Shown in pieces: positions 27,068-42,000 of a DNA stretch of 64,000 nucleotides. The DNA comes from Phoronis australis (Eukaryota > Animalia > Phoronida). A program made the translations under genes and the position numbers. The notes beneath the pieces are model-generated. The model worked only from the letters and a program-made list of their open reading frames with translations. It was not told where the DNA came from and searched no databases. The stretch's first letter is position 1; each line of letters opens with the position of its first letter. The stretch is taken from contig NMRA01000159.1 of NCBI GenBank assembly GCA_002633005.1, forward strand, positions 62,001 to 126,000, read 5' to 3'.

Positions 27068-30000
27068 TCACTTCTTGCTGGATTTAAAGTATTCATCAGA
27101 TTTTTCAAACCTCGACGGCGTAAAGTCTGGGTCGTTAGTTAGACGTTCTTGTATCCCCTGCTGTACGTGTTGCTGAAACGCCGCCTGTAGCGAATGATCA
27201 GAAGTAACATCGCTGCCCAGATCATCGAGGCTTGTGATTGGTTGAGCGCTGGATGAGGAGATGGCAGCACGTAGCGTATCCGTGACAACCGATGATGCTT
27301 CCTCCATATTTTGAGGCTTTTTGTCGGACATAAGCTGAAAGAGCAAAAAGGTGCGAAATTTCAAATTAGTTACGACCGCAAGTTGCAGTGAAACCCCCTG
27401 TGGGATGAACCAAATATTCTAATATACGGACATAAGAAAGACGAGAGATTATGTTTTGGAGCCATAAAAATAAAGCACGCTCACTGTATCATTCATTGGC
27501 GAGAAATAAACACTTAAAGGTAGCCCAGCCTGTTGAAGGGTGTACTTGTCCAGCAAGCGACAGTTAAAGAGCCTCTGGAGTGTACTGAATGAGCCAAGAG
27601 TTGTCGCATGCTCTCCTTGTAGTGGCAGTTCTGACAACAGTCAGCAGGGAACAGAAACGTCCAGAGCCTAAATGTCTTGTGAGTAGAGCAGCTCTGTGAA
27701 TGGTCACCTTTCATGTCTGTGTTCAAACTCAAACCGCACAGCCAGACGATTCGGATTGATCATATGGATCATATCAACTATTCGTACAAATTCACCTGAA
27801 TTGTACGATATGACACATTAAATACCAATTCAAATTAACTGTTAACCACTAACCGTTGTAATTAATACAATTTCTTATCACTGAGCCAAGATAGTCCATC
27901 TAAACATGTTTTCCATCCATGATGGTCAGACTGACACTAATTTATCATCAAACTGAAACTATCTTCTATCAACCAATAAGAAGATGTACCTTCCTTCTCT
28001 TGGGTGCGCTGCCCATCAGATAAGCATCACTAAAGGGCCTCTGCGGCGCCTGCGATCTCATCTTCTCAACGTCCTGGCTCATCACAGGTATCCACTCCTG
28101 CAAGAGCAAGTTCAAAATATCACAAAACGACTGCCATTAGTACACGTGTATTTTCCAAGTACACCAACAAATACCTATTTCAGAATTCAAACTTTTTTAA
28201 CAATGGAGTATCATGTCTGGAATTTTGATACGGGAAGCAACTTGGACATAAGATAAATGTGGACTATAAATGCCTCCAGGAAAATACCAAGGAAAATACT
28301 CTTAAGTATGACAGCACACTGTATTACACAGATCGTACTAAAGCCAACCTTGAATGGTAATGCACATGAATTTGACTCTTACAATATGTTTTGACAACCA
28401 CTAAAAGAATACCAAAGCCATAAATTACCACTTGTAATGAATGCTTAGGCTTACTGACTTTATTTCGTCTACGTCACCGAGCAAATCCTTACATGATGTT
28501 CTATTCAAACCAGAATTTTGTCATCTCTTCAGTATTCTCGCGATGACATGGCATGAAAAGGCAAGACAAGCCTACATTTGAATGATTAAAATAGGGTTTT
28601 CTTAATACATTCCTAAAGCATAGCTGGGACTATCTGAACAGCCCAGCAAATCTAAAATAACAGAAACGTCTTGAAGGAAGGCTTTGAGCGGCATCTTGAA
28701 CACAAATAGTCAAATAATAATTCCCTCTTCCAACACTACTGACTGCTGCTTTTACAACTCACTGCACACACACACGCACACAGCAATAGGGATTACATGA
28801 CGGCAAACCTCTCCTTTGTATTAGAGATAAGAAAGTGAATGGCCTCGTTTTGGAAATCAGGCAATTTTCACAGATCGTGTCTGAAACCAGGGAGGGGCTG
28901 TGGAAATATTCCCGATTTCAGCTGTTTAAAAGTACTGGAATTGAACGGGTATCTTCAAGAAAGGGAATTCTGCCTCTTCTGTTCAAAATTAATTCCACGA
29001 ATTTGTTAGACCCACTTGCTGCGCACTTACTCGTCTCTCATTGATGTCGGGAAGGCGAAGAACTTGACATAACACTTCCAAGGGTATTTAAAATTCCAGT
29101 TATCAAACTTTATTATGTCAGTGTTGCCGCTCCCAACGCATGAGTAAAACTTTGTCAGCATTGGAAGGATGCATCAAGTAATGCCGCCGAGAAAAAATTG
29201 CAAAGAATCAGATAACAACAAATAACACGTGGAATTCCAATGACACGAAAACAAGGCAGCAAATGCACCCGACGGATGTTTGCAGCATTGAGGGTAAATA
29301 CAGCGAGATTTGAGCGTCGCCATGTAATCTGTCACCATACTATTATTATTATTATTAAGTATCTATGAGGTATTATTACTGGATGGTTCCTTCTTCTACT
29401 CACAGGGGGCACCTCTTGTCTCCAATCATCTTCACTACTGGTGTCCATGGTCTGTAATTTCAAAGAACACAATTTTAAATGATGGCAAAATCACAGCAGC
29501 ATTTAACTGAGCTCGAAATGACATCATCGACTAGTCACCACATGCACAAATTGAAAACAAGGTGTTGCGTCCAAACTACAATCATGGTTCTGCATGTTTG
29601 TAGCACACATGTTTTCACGTTACATGCTAAAACAAGGCATTGTGTACAAAACAACAATGCACAACAATCATTTTAGCAGCACTAAAAAGTGTGCAAGTAA
29701 TGAATTGTTCAAAAGTTTGTGAACAGAGCACATTTTATGTCCAGCGTCAGCAAAACGGTCAACATATGGAATAACACTGATCTCATTTTTAACAGATCAA
29801 TCAATAAACCAAAAAATCAATAACAATAGATCAATACTGAAAGACACACAGTGTTTTCCTCGCAAAGCTCATTAATATTCGTGTAGCATATGAAACTGAG
29901 GCTAAGTACGCCAACGTAATGACTACCTCGACTTTGAGTACAGGTGATCTGTCATTAGTACCTGATTTAATTTTAGGTTTTGTTGCGAAGTTTGTCAAAA

Positions 30001-33000
30001 ACTTCAGTAGCCACGCCAATGGAGCATTGAGTGAATACAGAAACGTTCAATCATGGTGTAGTAAATGAATATCGTATCGGCGTAAGCAGCTTAAGTTTGG
30101 GCTTCGGGTATTTTGTGGTCTCATTTAACGTAAACCGGTGAAGGTTTAATTTTACTTGGATGCATATAAACAAAGAATAATCAATACCAAATTACCCATT
30201 CGACTAGTGCTGTTTAATGCAAATTTATCGAATGAAATCAAAAAGTGGTAAATTCAAAGAATTATAAACTGCTAATAGAAGCCAGTTTTCCAATAGAAGC
30301 CAGGAGATACTACAGGTTCGATGAAATTCAATTGTCAGGTATTTTTGTAATTACACTAATTTTGGATTAAGTAATTAATAAACATTAGGCCTCTGAAAAA
30401 TGGTGGTCTTAGACTGCGGCCAAGTCAGTGAAGCACAAAATAATTAATTTAAATAAACATTTGGCTGCAAGCTTTTCGATTAAAGCAAAAATGTTAGTTG
30501 TATTGAGGACAGATTAATCTTTTCAAAGAATGAACATTTTCAATACGACATGATTTACAGTCTAGTGGATACTTAAAGCGCTAAACTAAAGCTGACAAGG
30601 AATTTTCACGACTTTGTTCATCATCAGTGATCGGAATAGTTAGCGTACGCCTACCAAGGCCTCGTTTTCACTTTGTCAATGATTGCACGAATAACGTTTG
30701 AGATCGGTCTATAGCCTTCAAACGTGACCACAGGTGTTTCTACTAAAAGCAGCTACAAACCTACATCACAGCAAATATTTGATTTAGACCCCTTCCTGCG
30801 ATGAAATTGGCCTGTTATTCCTTAGTTAAATTATACGCGAATTCAGGGTTTCGAATGAACTGATATTTCATTATTGCTTGGGACCAGGCTTGTCACAGCA
30901 TGTCAATTTATGCGCCACGCGTAACAAACTGCCACCTTCTTAAAAACTTACAACGCACTTCTTACTTCACTAAGGTACAAGTTGAAATAATTTTATGTCC
31001 AGTAAATTGCTTAAGGTTATCTAGGTCCTTTATAAATGATCTCAACTCTAAGTCAAATATCGAAACAACTATGGTTTGTCAACCATTAAAAATTTGTATT
31101 TTCTAAAAGGAGAAAGAAAGAAGATTCTAAAAATATGCTTCTTATTACTAAGTCTTTACAGTGTTTCTGAGACATAACATAATTTTTTCATAAAAAAGTT
31201 TTAGTAAAATTGGATGGGGGTTATTTTGCTATGAATGTACCTTTCTTGCACACGAAAATTTAACATAAAAAACGTGGTCAAGAGACAATAATAGACTCAG
31301 TAGTAAGAAGCATATTTTTAGAATCCTCAATATTTTCCCCTTTCAGAAATATATATATACTTTTAACGATTGACAAAGCATAGTTTTTGACATTTGACTA
31401 AGACTTGAGGTCGTTTATTAAGATCCCAGACAACCTTAAATAAAAGTTCACTCCATGGACGAAACACAGGTTTGCAGCCACATTGATTGGTCAAGACTAA
31501 TTTAGGTCTCATCTCAGACTGGAATACACACACTGAACAGTTCACATCAGCTCTAATACCAAGACACACCTCAGGCACAGAGGGGTCCGTCCTCACGTCT
31601 GAGTCGGCACTGTGGAACGACCCGTGGTCTGAATCGTCCTCATCTAGTCCATCCATGGAACCGTTCCCAGCACTGTGTGACCTCGGTCGTTTGGCGGGGC
31701 CATCTGCCTGCGGTTTTGTGGACTTGAACACTATGTACTGCTGTACGTCCTGATCTGTGACGGTGATGTTCGGCACCATCTCTCGTATCTGTGTCACAGT
31801 CGTCTCTGTCATCCATGATTGCACGCCCGAACTGGCCTGATTACTTAAAGCCGTCTATTGCAAACAGAAAGAACGCATCGCCTTCAAATAAAAACTACAG
31901 CCGATCTTCATACTTAAATAATAACAAATTAATATAATTATTGAACGGTTCACTCTTTTTGCAGAATGAGATATTGCTGAAATTATTGTATTCTTTGAAA
32001 AAAGGACATCCAAAAGCAAATAATTTTCAGTTATTTAGAGAATTATGGAACAATTTTCAGAAAATCCGCCAACTTTTTTAGTGCCTCGTAGTCTGCAAGA
32101 CAGCAAAAACATATTTCAACAAAGACTAAGATCTGTACCATGAGCTACAACATGTGACAAATCCATTAAACAAGAAGACTTTCTAAAAACACTTTGAGGT
32201 GGTGACGTAATAACAACATCACTAAAATATATTGGTCTGTTTACAACCACCTCTAGCCTAGTATATGGTACGGTATTGACCCTCAATGACCACCATGTGT
32301 GCACCATACACCCGTGCTCGTTTTTCTAAGAACACAGTAAAACCTGAAGTTGGTCAGAGAAATGAAAACGCTATGCCAATATAAATAAGCAAGACTTTAG
32401 TGTAAGTAAATACACCAATGTAAAAAGGCTAAAACTTTGTGTAAATCGGCCAATAGATTTTAGAAATGAAGAAGAATTCAGACGTCAGTGTCTCGTATTC
32501 GACTGTTCATCAATTGATTACGTCAAATTCGATGCGTCAAACTTTTAAAAAGTCCTATTACAACAAAATATAGTTAGAAGCCAGTGATAGCATTTATTGA
32601 CCTACCATTCTATTCCTAATGAGACCGAAGAAACCGTCAAGACCCGAGTCCAGACAATAGCGAGTCAGAACAACTATTTCACCAAACAACGTACGGACCG
32701 CACTATAAACAGTGCTTGAAAACACAGCGTCAGAGTCTGAAATGACAAAAAATACATTAACCGTAACCACAATTATCAGAACTATACCAGCACAATTCAA
32801 GCTAATGGATCACAGAAAAAAGTCTTGAAACATAAGACAAAATGCTGTCTCCCTGTCGAGACCAGTTACGACCGGAACTTTAATCAAACTTTAAATTCCG
32901 TTTAGTACATAAAAAGAATTCAGAGTCATTATGTCCTACATATTTTGTCATGACTTCACAAGGCTTGTGAAAAAGTTCACTCTGACTTGTTGAATTTCCA

Positions 33001-36000
33001 ATACGTAACATGACGTCACTGACTTCTTTCGTCACCTTATACTGCTTAACCCATGCAAGGATGGTGATATTTCTTTTTGTAACTATAGAAACTGAGAAGC
33101 CTCTCACCTGTATTGTTGAGAATGTAGTTTATGTTCGTCCTCAGGAAATGTCGGATAGCATTGCCTATACTAGCTGGAAAGTCTATGTTGTTTCTAGTTG
33201 TCTCCGTAAACTGAAAGGACGATTGAAGGCAACACAATGAATAGTATTCATTTAGTTCAAAGAAAGATTTCACCAGCTGATGGCTGCATGTAACTAGCAT
33301 AAAGACGAAAACCGCACAGCCTGCATCCTGGTGCCAAGATAACGAACATCATTGTTAATCCATTATTTAGAGCAAGGCACATAGATCTCATATTGCGTGG
33401 CAAACAAAGTCAGTGAAAACATACTCAAACAACATCACAAACTAAGTCCGTAGCAGTTAAGTCAAGACACGTATTTGTAAAAGCCACATAGCTAGTCATT
33501 GATTGCTATTGAGTTGTGATCCGTGTTCAGGGAATTCATATGTCAATAGGACTAAGTTACGAAGTACTCGCTTCTATTCGTTTAATAATAAACATTAATT
33601 AACCAATTTTTTCTTCAGTGTCACCAAACAAGTGAGTTCTTACATTTTCGTCGAACATTTCCGTAGTTATCTCCCCCACCAGTCGATCCACCGCGTCATT
33701 GATGTTGGTATTTGTTGGCATGGCATCACGCAGGATGTTGTTACGAATGAACTGCTGCAGAGGGCGCCGCATGCGGCCAATGCAGTCTGATTGGCCAACA
33801 AACAATGCCAACACGTCAGGAAACGTAAGATGTGAAGAAATCATGGTGATGAGCTCGTTAATAAATCCTGAAAATGACAAGCATCTCTCAGAACTTCTCA
33901 TCAACCTACAGATGGCGCTACCGTACATTAGTCAGACTTCACCAAGCTATGATGTGCAGTTTTAAAATTACTCTGAATATTTGAGTGATACGATGATGGA
34001 ATTTAATCCACAATTATCCTGCCTTCTAGCATACAGGCAGAAACTAATGAGACACAATGAAAGACAGAGCAGATTTTGCAGAGACTTGAAAAGACATCAC
34101 AAGTGAACTATGCTATGCTAGGCATACTTACTCACTACTGCTTGATATTAAAAACGCAACAAGTGCAAAATGTCTGCAGATCGTCATTTTGAATTTTGCA
34201 AATTACACCCTTGATAAAAATTTTGCAATGTGCAAGGAAATACCAACAAAGTAAGGATAGATGCTACTTGGACCAACAGAGCATAGTTGCAGTTGCTCCT
34301 GGTTTGTACCTCGACTTATTTTGAAACCTGTGCCCACTGCTTCTTAAGAAAAAAACATTGCAAATTTTTGAGAAACCTCACAAATGCACGCAAGTAAGGT
34401 AATAAATGCCATTGTGTGTCCAGTTAGGCAGAAGCATTCCATAAAGGACACATTAACTCGCATGCACGAGTGTTCTCCCCTAGAAAAACTGGGCAACTGA
34501 AAAAATACCACCTCATTTAACGTATAAATTGCGAAGACAACGAGAACAAATTATGCTTTTTGGCCTGATCTGCAAACCAAAAGTTTCTAGTTCGTGTCAT
34601 CTAAAGCAAATTTTCAAAGTCAACACAAAAGCTAAACTTCAAAATACAGAGACAGTAAGTCCAGCAGTTCATGAGCAGACAACATTAAAGGAGCTTGACC
34701 CCAGTTGACCTAAGCTTCCTACCATCTCCTTGAACAAACATCTCAGCACCACCTGGTGTCTGGTCGCGGAACTGATTCAGGAACTGACCAAGAGTAGGCC
34801 CACTTCCACTGGTCATCGTCTGCTGGACTGTGGAGCCAATACTCTGTATCATCTGAGCAAACACCTGGTCAGTCATCTGCGTTTGTACATCTGGTTGCTA
34901 TGGAAACGAAGGTGAGAACCCGCATTAAGTCCAGCAAAAGCTTACAATGAAAAAAATTGATGAAATTTCGACGATGCAGAAAGTCAGCGCACATCAATTT
35001 CACATTCCAGCACCAGTACCAGCCATCAGCTACCAGCTATTGTGCTAGTTATACGTGGTTTATATTGTTATTTAATAGCAGCAGTCTTGTGCTGTGACAG
35101 GCAGTACCACTCATAATGACCATAACACAATGGCTCAGCCAGCTGTAACAAACACTGCCGGTGAACAGACAGTCGCCTGTTTGTCTGAAGGAATCCAACG
35201 CTAGCTACGCTTTGGTACAAATAACGAGGATTTGGCATGAAGCAGACTCATTTCATTTATTGCTGATTCACCGATTGCATATCATAAAAGACAATCTACA
35301 GCCCACCAACCCATTTGGCACATAACTTCTAAACTTGAGGTTCAACGGTCATATCCACTTGTTACCAACATTTTTATGAACATTTTTAAATTTCAACCAA
35401 ATCACACCGCTGTAGTGCGCATAGGTCTCCACCAAATCTCAATATCTTGTAGTTTTGTGATCCATATTCATCTGATGTTCTCAGAGCATGCTAAGCCAGT
35501 AAAGTGCGTATTCCATTGGTCAGGCAGTCACATACTAACTTCAACCAACCAATCACAAAAAGGAAGTCTAATATGCAAATTGCATCTAATACACTACTAC
35601 TAAGGAAATATTCTATTGGTTAGACTTTGTGCTACTATTTCCTTCGTTTACCAGGTGTTTCTACCCCCAAGGTTGCCGAACTCGTTTCAAAATGCCAACA
35701 ATTTTTAGCAATTTTTCCTTTAAGCTTTAAAGAGCAACAAATGTTCAAACTCTGTTTTAAAGCTTTGTACCTGTGACAGAACGTTAGAAACTGTATGCTT
35801 ATTGTTACGCTTATTTAGTTATAATTGTTCATTTATTCTTATGCTAATGTTTTTTGTTGCGTCAGTGCGCCTTTGTTATGAGGGCACGTCAGCGCGACTG
35901 TATGTGTTGGGCACTTCGCTAGCGACAGGCTTCGGAGAAGGATACGTTTCCTTCTTTCTGTGGCAACTATGGATTGAGCGTATGTAATTTCGAAGTGAAC

Positions 36001-39000
36001 TGTACTGTACATGTATGTGTAAGGTGAAACACACACTTTAGTGTTCGATTTGTCAAATACCGAACAATTTTTCATGCCCTAAATGTTTGTAGAATACAGG
36101 CACATTCATGACAGCATGCAGCCCTGTAGTGAAAATGATCATTCTCAGCTACAAGGCTTGTACTGAAGGCCTACTGTTGTATGCAAGATCTGGGGTAGCT
36201 CCGTCATCGATCTACTCTGCAAACACCACTCACATTGCCTCCTGGTCCAGTTATAGTACTGGTCGTTTGTGTGGACGTGGCCGTCGACACTGTCCCTGGG
36301 GCGTGGGTGCGCACCGACATGGTAGGCATCGGGCCAAACGATCCTGGTGGCAAGAAAGAGAAACCAGATGGTGTCGCGCCAACACTCGTGTTGTTTGTTG
36401 AGGCTGAACCAACTCCTGAAAAGTTTCGCTCGATCAGCAATGACAATTCACCAAGTGACGACCATTTACCTAATAGTATGTTGGAAAATGGTGTCTACTT
36501 TGTTAGTTATGAAAATAAGACTGTAAACAAGTGAGAAATGTATCACAATCGCCAGCATTTGCATAAATTCGTTAAAAATGTAAAAAGCTGTAGAACTGCA
36601 TGAATGCTGACATAAACTGAGACAGTGTAACACTCAAAGAATTGTGTAATAGTTGCATAGAACACATACAGGCTGAAAAGCCTTGACCTTCACCTTGAGA
36701 AAGAGCAGTGCCCGAAATGTAGGCTTTAAATACAGTTTCATCAACATTCGTCATATTATATTTTGTACGGCATTTGTGTACAAATTATCAGGTCAAAATT
36801 TGCCCCTTTTACATAGAGCCATTGAACAGCCCATGTACTCTGTCACAAATACCGTAATACCTGAACATGTGACTTACTCTGACCAATAATCTGTTCCATC
36901 ATTCCACTGATGATGGTTGATGGGGTCTGAAACATCGTAAAACAAATCCGTATTAGAGATGTTACCTGCCAGTCACTGTGCTTACAAAACAAGCAATAAA
37001 AATACTTCAGATTTAAACTAAATTAAAATTACGGAAAAAATTCTCCAATTTAGGATAGTCGCTAGAATTTGGGACAAAGAAACTCCTGAATGAATTTTCT
37101 TGATTCTGGAATTAGGGAAAAGAGCAATTTTGGCGTTCACCACATTACTTAAATTTCTGGCAACGTCTTTTCAATCTGCATAGTGTGTAACTTTGCTGTC
37201 TTTCCGGTGATTCTTGAATTTGGGACGGCCAATAGTCTCCATTTCTAGAATTTGGTACTAGCTCTGATCTTAGCGAAATAATTAATTTTTCACTGTCCCA
37301 AATCGGAGAATTTTTACCATAATACTGAACCTAGATTAACCTTCTCTTACTCTTTGGCTAACACTCCTGTGAAAGATGTATATAATAACAAATTTCTCTC
37401 GAAGTTAATGGTTGACTGGGTGATACTGTAATTTAAGTACTTGACTAACAATCTAAAGGTCCCTAGTTAAAAAAGTGCTCATCACTGACCACCATGAGTG
37501 TACCATGCATGTGTTTTCATTTTTCTAAGCACGCTGCAACGCCTGAAGATTACCGGAGAAATGACCGACCGTAACATCATGCCAATATAAATAGAGGTTG
37601 GTGTAAATAGACCAACAGATTATAGAAATGATGTCACTACCTCAACACCTCAAACCGGTTTTAAGAAGACATTGAAGGTACCAAATAACAGCTAATGATG
37701 ATAGGATAAAAAATCCAAGAATTTACACAAATTTTCTTCTAGTTTCTTTCAGGGTTTTAAACAGAACTTCAGTCAAAGAAGCTAGTCCATTTTAAGCAGA
37801 AATTCAACCAAGCTAGTCAAATTTCAGCAAAATCCATAAAGTTAATTAATGAAACTATCATCCTGTAAACCTGTTACAACTACCAACAAACCCAAGACTT
37901 ATCAATACCTGATTGGTTGCATTAATCTGTGTTGTGGGTGTTCCATTGGCTGCTGCCGTAGCCCTCTGGGTTAGCCAGTGCCTTGATTGACAGGGAAGGT
38001 AGGGGTCAACTGCAGGAGGAGGCGGAGTCAAACCAGGAATTCCTGCTGGCAGTCCTGTAAAAGTCACAGTTGGTTAATCAAAAATATAGGAATATTATGG
38101 AGACTAGAAACCACAAAAGACACTAATACAAGGCCTTTCATGAGTTTTTAAGGAACTAAAACTTTCATTAATCATGAATTATTTTACCCACAAGAAAACA
38201 TTTCTAATCTTGTTTCTTCAGTGAGATTTTGCCCCTTTTAGTTCTCAATGAGTTGCCCTTGCATGTAAACCATCCTAATTTATCAAGTTTTCCCTGAGAT
38301 CCAAGGAATTAGCGTTTTTTCAGAAAAACTCAGATATTAAATTTTCTTGACCGATCAAATGCAACATGTAGTAAAACACATTTATATGAGAAACAAAGTG
38401 AACATAAAAATTCCAAACCTGGAATTCCGGGGAACATCATGGGTATGGGCCCTCCACCTGGAGGTTGGTTACTACCTCCGCCACTAGGTGGTGTCACCGT
38501 GGTAGTAGCTGTGGATGTCCTATCAGTTGAAGGTGTCCTGGTGACAGTTGCAGTGGGAACAGGGGTGGGCGTGGGCTGGGGCGTGGCAGTTGGTGCTACG
38601 TTGGGTGATGATATCGGAGAAAAACCTTCAAAAAAATAAACAAGTCATGGATTTTTCAAGTGTATCATACATAGATACACGATGCAAGTATTAGACAAAC
38701 CAAGGTAATCCCTCACATTCGTCCTTGTTCACGGTACAATGGCTATTCACAAATTCACCTGGTTCCAAAGAAGTGATATGTAGCATGCAGACAAAAGACA
38801 TAAACCTTAAGTTTACAGAACTGTTCCAAACAATGCTAGCAACATTTTGAACAGTAGAGACCTTGTTGACACAGCCCGAATATTTCCCACTCAAACTTTT
38901 CTTACTCTCCATTAATTTTTATGTTTCCTCTGATCATGTGAAATTTCAACAACTTACTATGCAAAGCCACTCAAATTATAGCTAAGCCCGATAACGGCAC

Positions 39001-42000
39001 ATTAAACTCGCGACTGCATTTCGACAACAACACTACTTTACACAAAAGTTCCACTTAACTACCAAAAAATTGACAAGAAGTTCACCATAGTTGTGACAGA
39101 TCTGTCCAAGAACATACAGTTTATTTCAAACATTGTAACTAATACAATACCCACCAGCGGCCGCAGCTCTTTGAACACTAGATGCAATACCCTGTACAAT
39201 GTTCTGTATGTAATCACTGGTGACTCCAGACTGAGGGGCTCCTGGTGGGGGCATCATTTGGCCACCTGCAACAGCCAACAGGGGGAGCAGTGAGAGAAGG
39301 GTGAAGCAAGAGGGAGCCACTTGACCACAGAGCAACAAAGAGGTGTGGATACCGAAAATCTCTCAACATCTGAGCTAGAAAGTTCAAGAGTCATCCCAAA
39401 TTACGTCACCATGAATCTCGTCAATAATTACCCACTATACCTCACATCTGCCTGACGTGGTCATCCTATGACGTCCTACGATTCACACACGTTTTGCTTG
39501 TTGTGCATACTCATTCTCTTGATAATACAGCCCAGTGGAAGTTGTGAAATGTTGAATACTTGTGAAAAAGATGGAATACTATGAAAACTTGATCTTCAAC
39601 CTTGTCTCCATTCAGTCGATGGTGATGTAGTGTGTTACTACAAACTTAATACCTTGTATGAAGGGACTATAACAAAGGCCTTCACCTCAACCACAATGGT
39701 TTTCAAGGAAGGCCGTGTGTGGCTTTCAAATGACAATACACTACGCTGCCTTCCTTCTGTAGCTCGTTATCTCACCTGGTGCTGATGGGCGCGAGTCCAC
39801 TGTAGAATTTCCTGTCATGGTCCTCATACTAGCAATGGACACAGATGATGGACCGACTTCAACAAACACCAACGGGTTAGGGCCAGAAGATGGCGAGGTC
39901 GTGCTGGCTGTGGTACTACTGGGTGTGCTTGTTGACACTGGCGTCATCTGTCAATTAGAATTAGAAGACCTGGCCATTAGTAGAGGAACAACGGAGAACA
40001 ATGACAAACCAGGGTCAGATCAACAGGGAGTTCTCGGTGTTTAATCACTCGCCTGCATAATGACTCCTGTGGTAAAAACTTTTTTATCCTGTTGTCATTT
40101 CGCCACGAGGAACACTGGCTGACTTAGAATGTCTCCAGGGGCCACTCTAAAGCAATTTTAATAGATGGCAAAATAAGGAGTTCTCTATAGATTTACTGGA
40201 GCCTGATGTCTGTGTCTTTAGAAGGGAGGGCTATATCAATACAAGGAGGGCCTATTGTCCAGAGATGAGTGAAGAGCAAAATAAAAACAGAGGAGTCCTT
40301 TCACATAATAAATCTTAAGACAGTACATGCCTTGATGGTTAAAGAATGAAGCATCAGTATCACAATTTCATGTGGGTCATAACAAGTTTTTGATGACTAT
40401 TGTCACTTTTCTGATATTGCAATATTGCGATGACTGTAAGACATGCAAAGAGAATGAGTCGTACACTAACTGTAGGTGGCGTTGGAGCTGGGGCGCTCTG
40501 TGGCACCATCTGACGTCTGCCAAGTTGTGGACTTCCAGATGGTGTACCTCTGGGAGTTGCTATAGCGATGTTAGCCTGCGTAAGAAATACAGAAAACTGA
40601 AGATTTCCATAAGTCTTATAGTGAATTCTCTCTCACAACGCTATGTTAGACATTCAAATCTTAATCATAGTACTGTCATTGTCAAAAGGCAATTCACAAA
40701 TTTCCATCGACACATTACCAGTTAATGAATAAAGCTTTGCCAAGCCAAAAATACATGCCCCAATATATATGGATTTGGTTTTGAAAATGCTTTGGGCAGG
40801 CTGACAGTAACCTAGGGTAACTAGGAACAAGTCCTTGTGTATCATTTTTTGCACTCTGGTCTTCAAGTCTGTACACCTACTCCATGAGAGACCATCCCAT
40901 TGCTTATTTTCATGCATTTACTCACATAGAGAAGTTCCTCCTACCGTTCCATCAGTCTCCCTAGTTTTCATCCACAAATACAAAGAAAAATGAGAAATGC
41001 ACTAAAGACCTACCCGAACAGGTATTGTCTGCTGTATGACCGCAGTTGGGTGAGGGGCGGGAGCAGGCGGTGCCCTCAGCTCCCTTGGGGGTGGTTGACT
41101 CATGTCAATCATTACATCACTCACACTGTGGTAGGCGTGGCTTATATTGTGTAGTATCCTAGAGACCTGACTGCAAAGCTGCTCAGCTTCTGTCCGCTCA
41201 CTCTGCAAACAAGGAGTCAAAAATATATAGTTGCATAAAAACTCTTCACTGAAATGTTTGTCATGAAATGTTTGTCATTCACAACAAACTATTCCGCTGT
41301 AGTAGCACACTAACTGACAAGAGACGTCAAGACGTCGTTCGGTCTTGCACGCCAAAGGTCCACCATATTGCTGGTGACATGGCCCGATGTTAATATCGAC
41401 ACTGTCAGCAATAGCAAAACACTAGACAAAGTTGATTTTTCGTCAGTGACCAATGTGGACTTCGCTCTTACTAACTTCGAACAAATGCGGATAATTGATA
41501 TAGAAAAGAAATAAATTCAGAGAAAAAAAATTAAAAATTTGCCCAGTTTAGCTGTCAATGTTGAATTTTTAAGCAAAGTGCTTTGGAGGTTATAAACATT
41601 ACCACTCTCATTCTATCTTGAACTGCTGTTGATAAGCCAGCAACTCAAGTTGCAAGCAATGCGTACATGTGCCATTTTCGAATTTGGACAATTTGAGGGT
41701 AGATCAACCCTAATAAATGTTACAAATTAAAATAAATGACAACCACTAATAACTGAAAGCATTTGATCGGTACTTCAAATATCCTTCCAATATCTTTGCA
41801 ATCTCAGCTGCTCAATGTGAATGAATAACAAGTGTTTTTCAGTCTGTATTTAACACAAGGGAAAAAGGCAAACTACAGAAGTGTCAATGTGAAAATTCCG
41901 TTTCTAAACACCTCACCTCATCCGTGAGTGGAGGGTCACCCCTCAATAGTTGTTCATACTGTTCAAGGTAAGGCTGGAAGTCACGGTTGAGATCAAGCAC

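Noticed and set aside
36905-36935. CTGATGA...GAAAC hammerhead-like spacing on the plus strand
   Set aside because: No convincing stem II, and it is the antisense of a BAG6 coding exon and its acceptor.
31487-40044. Plus-strand Val/Gly-rich ORFs (31487, 33699, 36235, 38439, 39817)
   Set aside because: They are antisense shadows of Pro/Thr/Ser-rich BAG6 exons.
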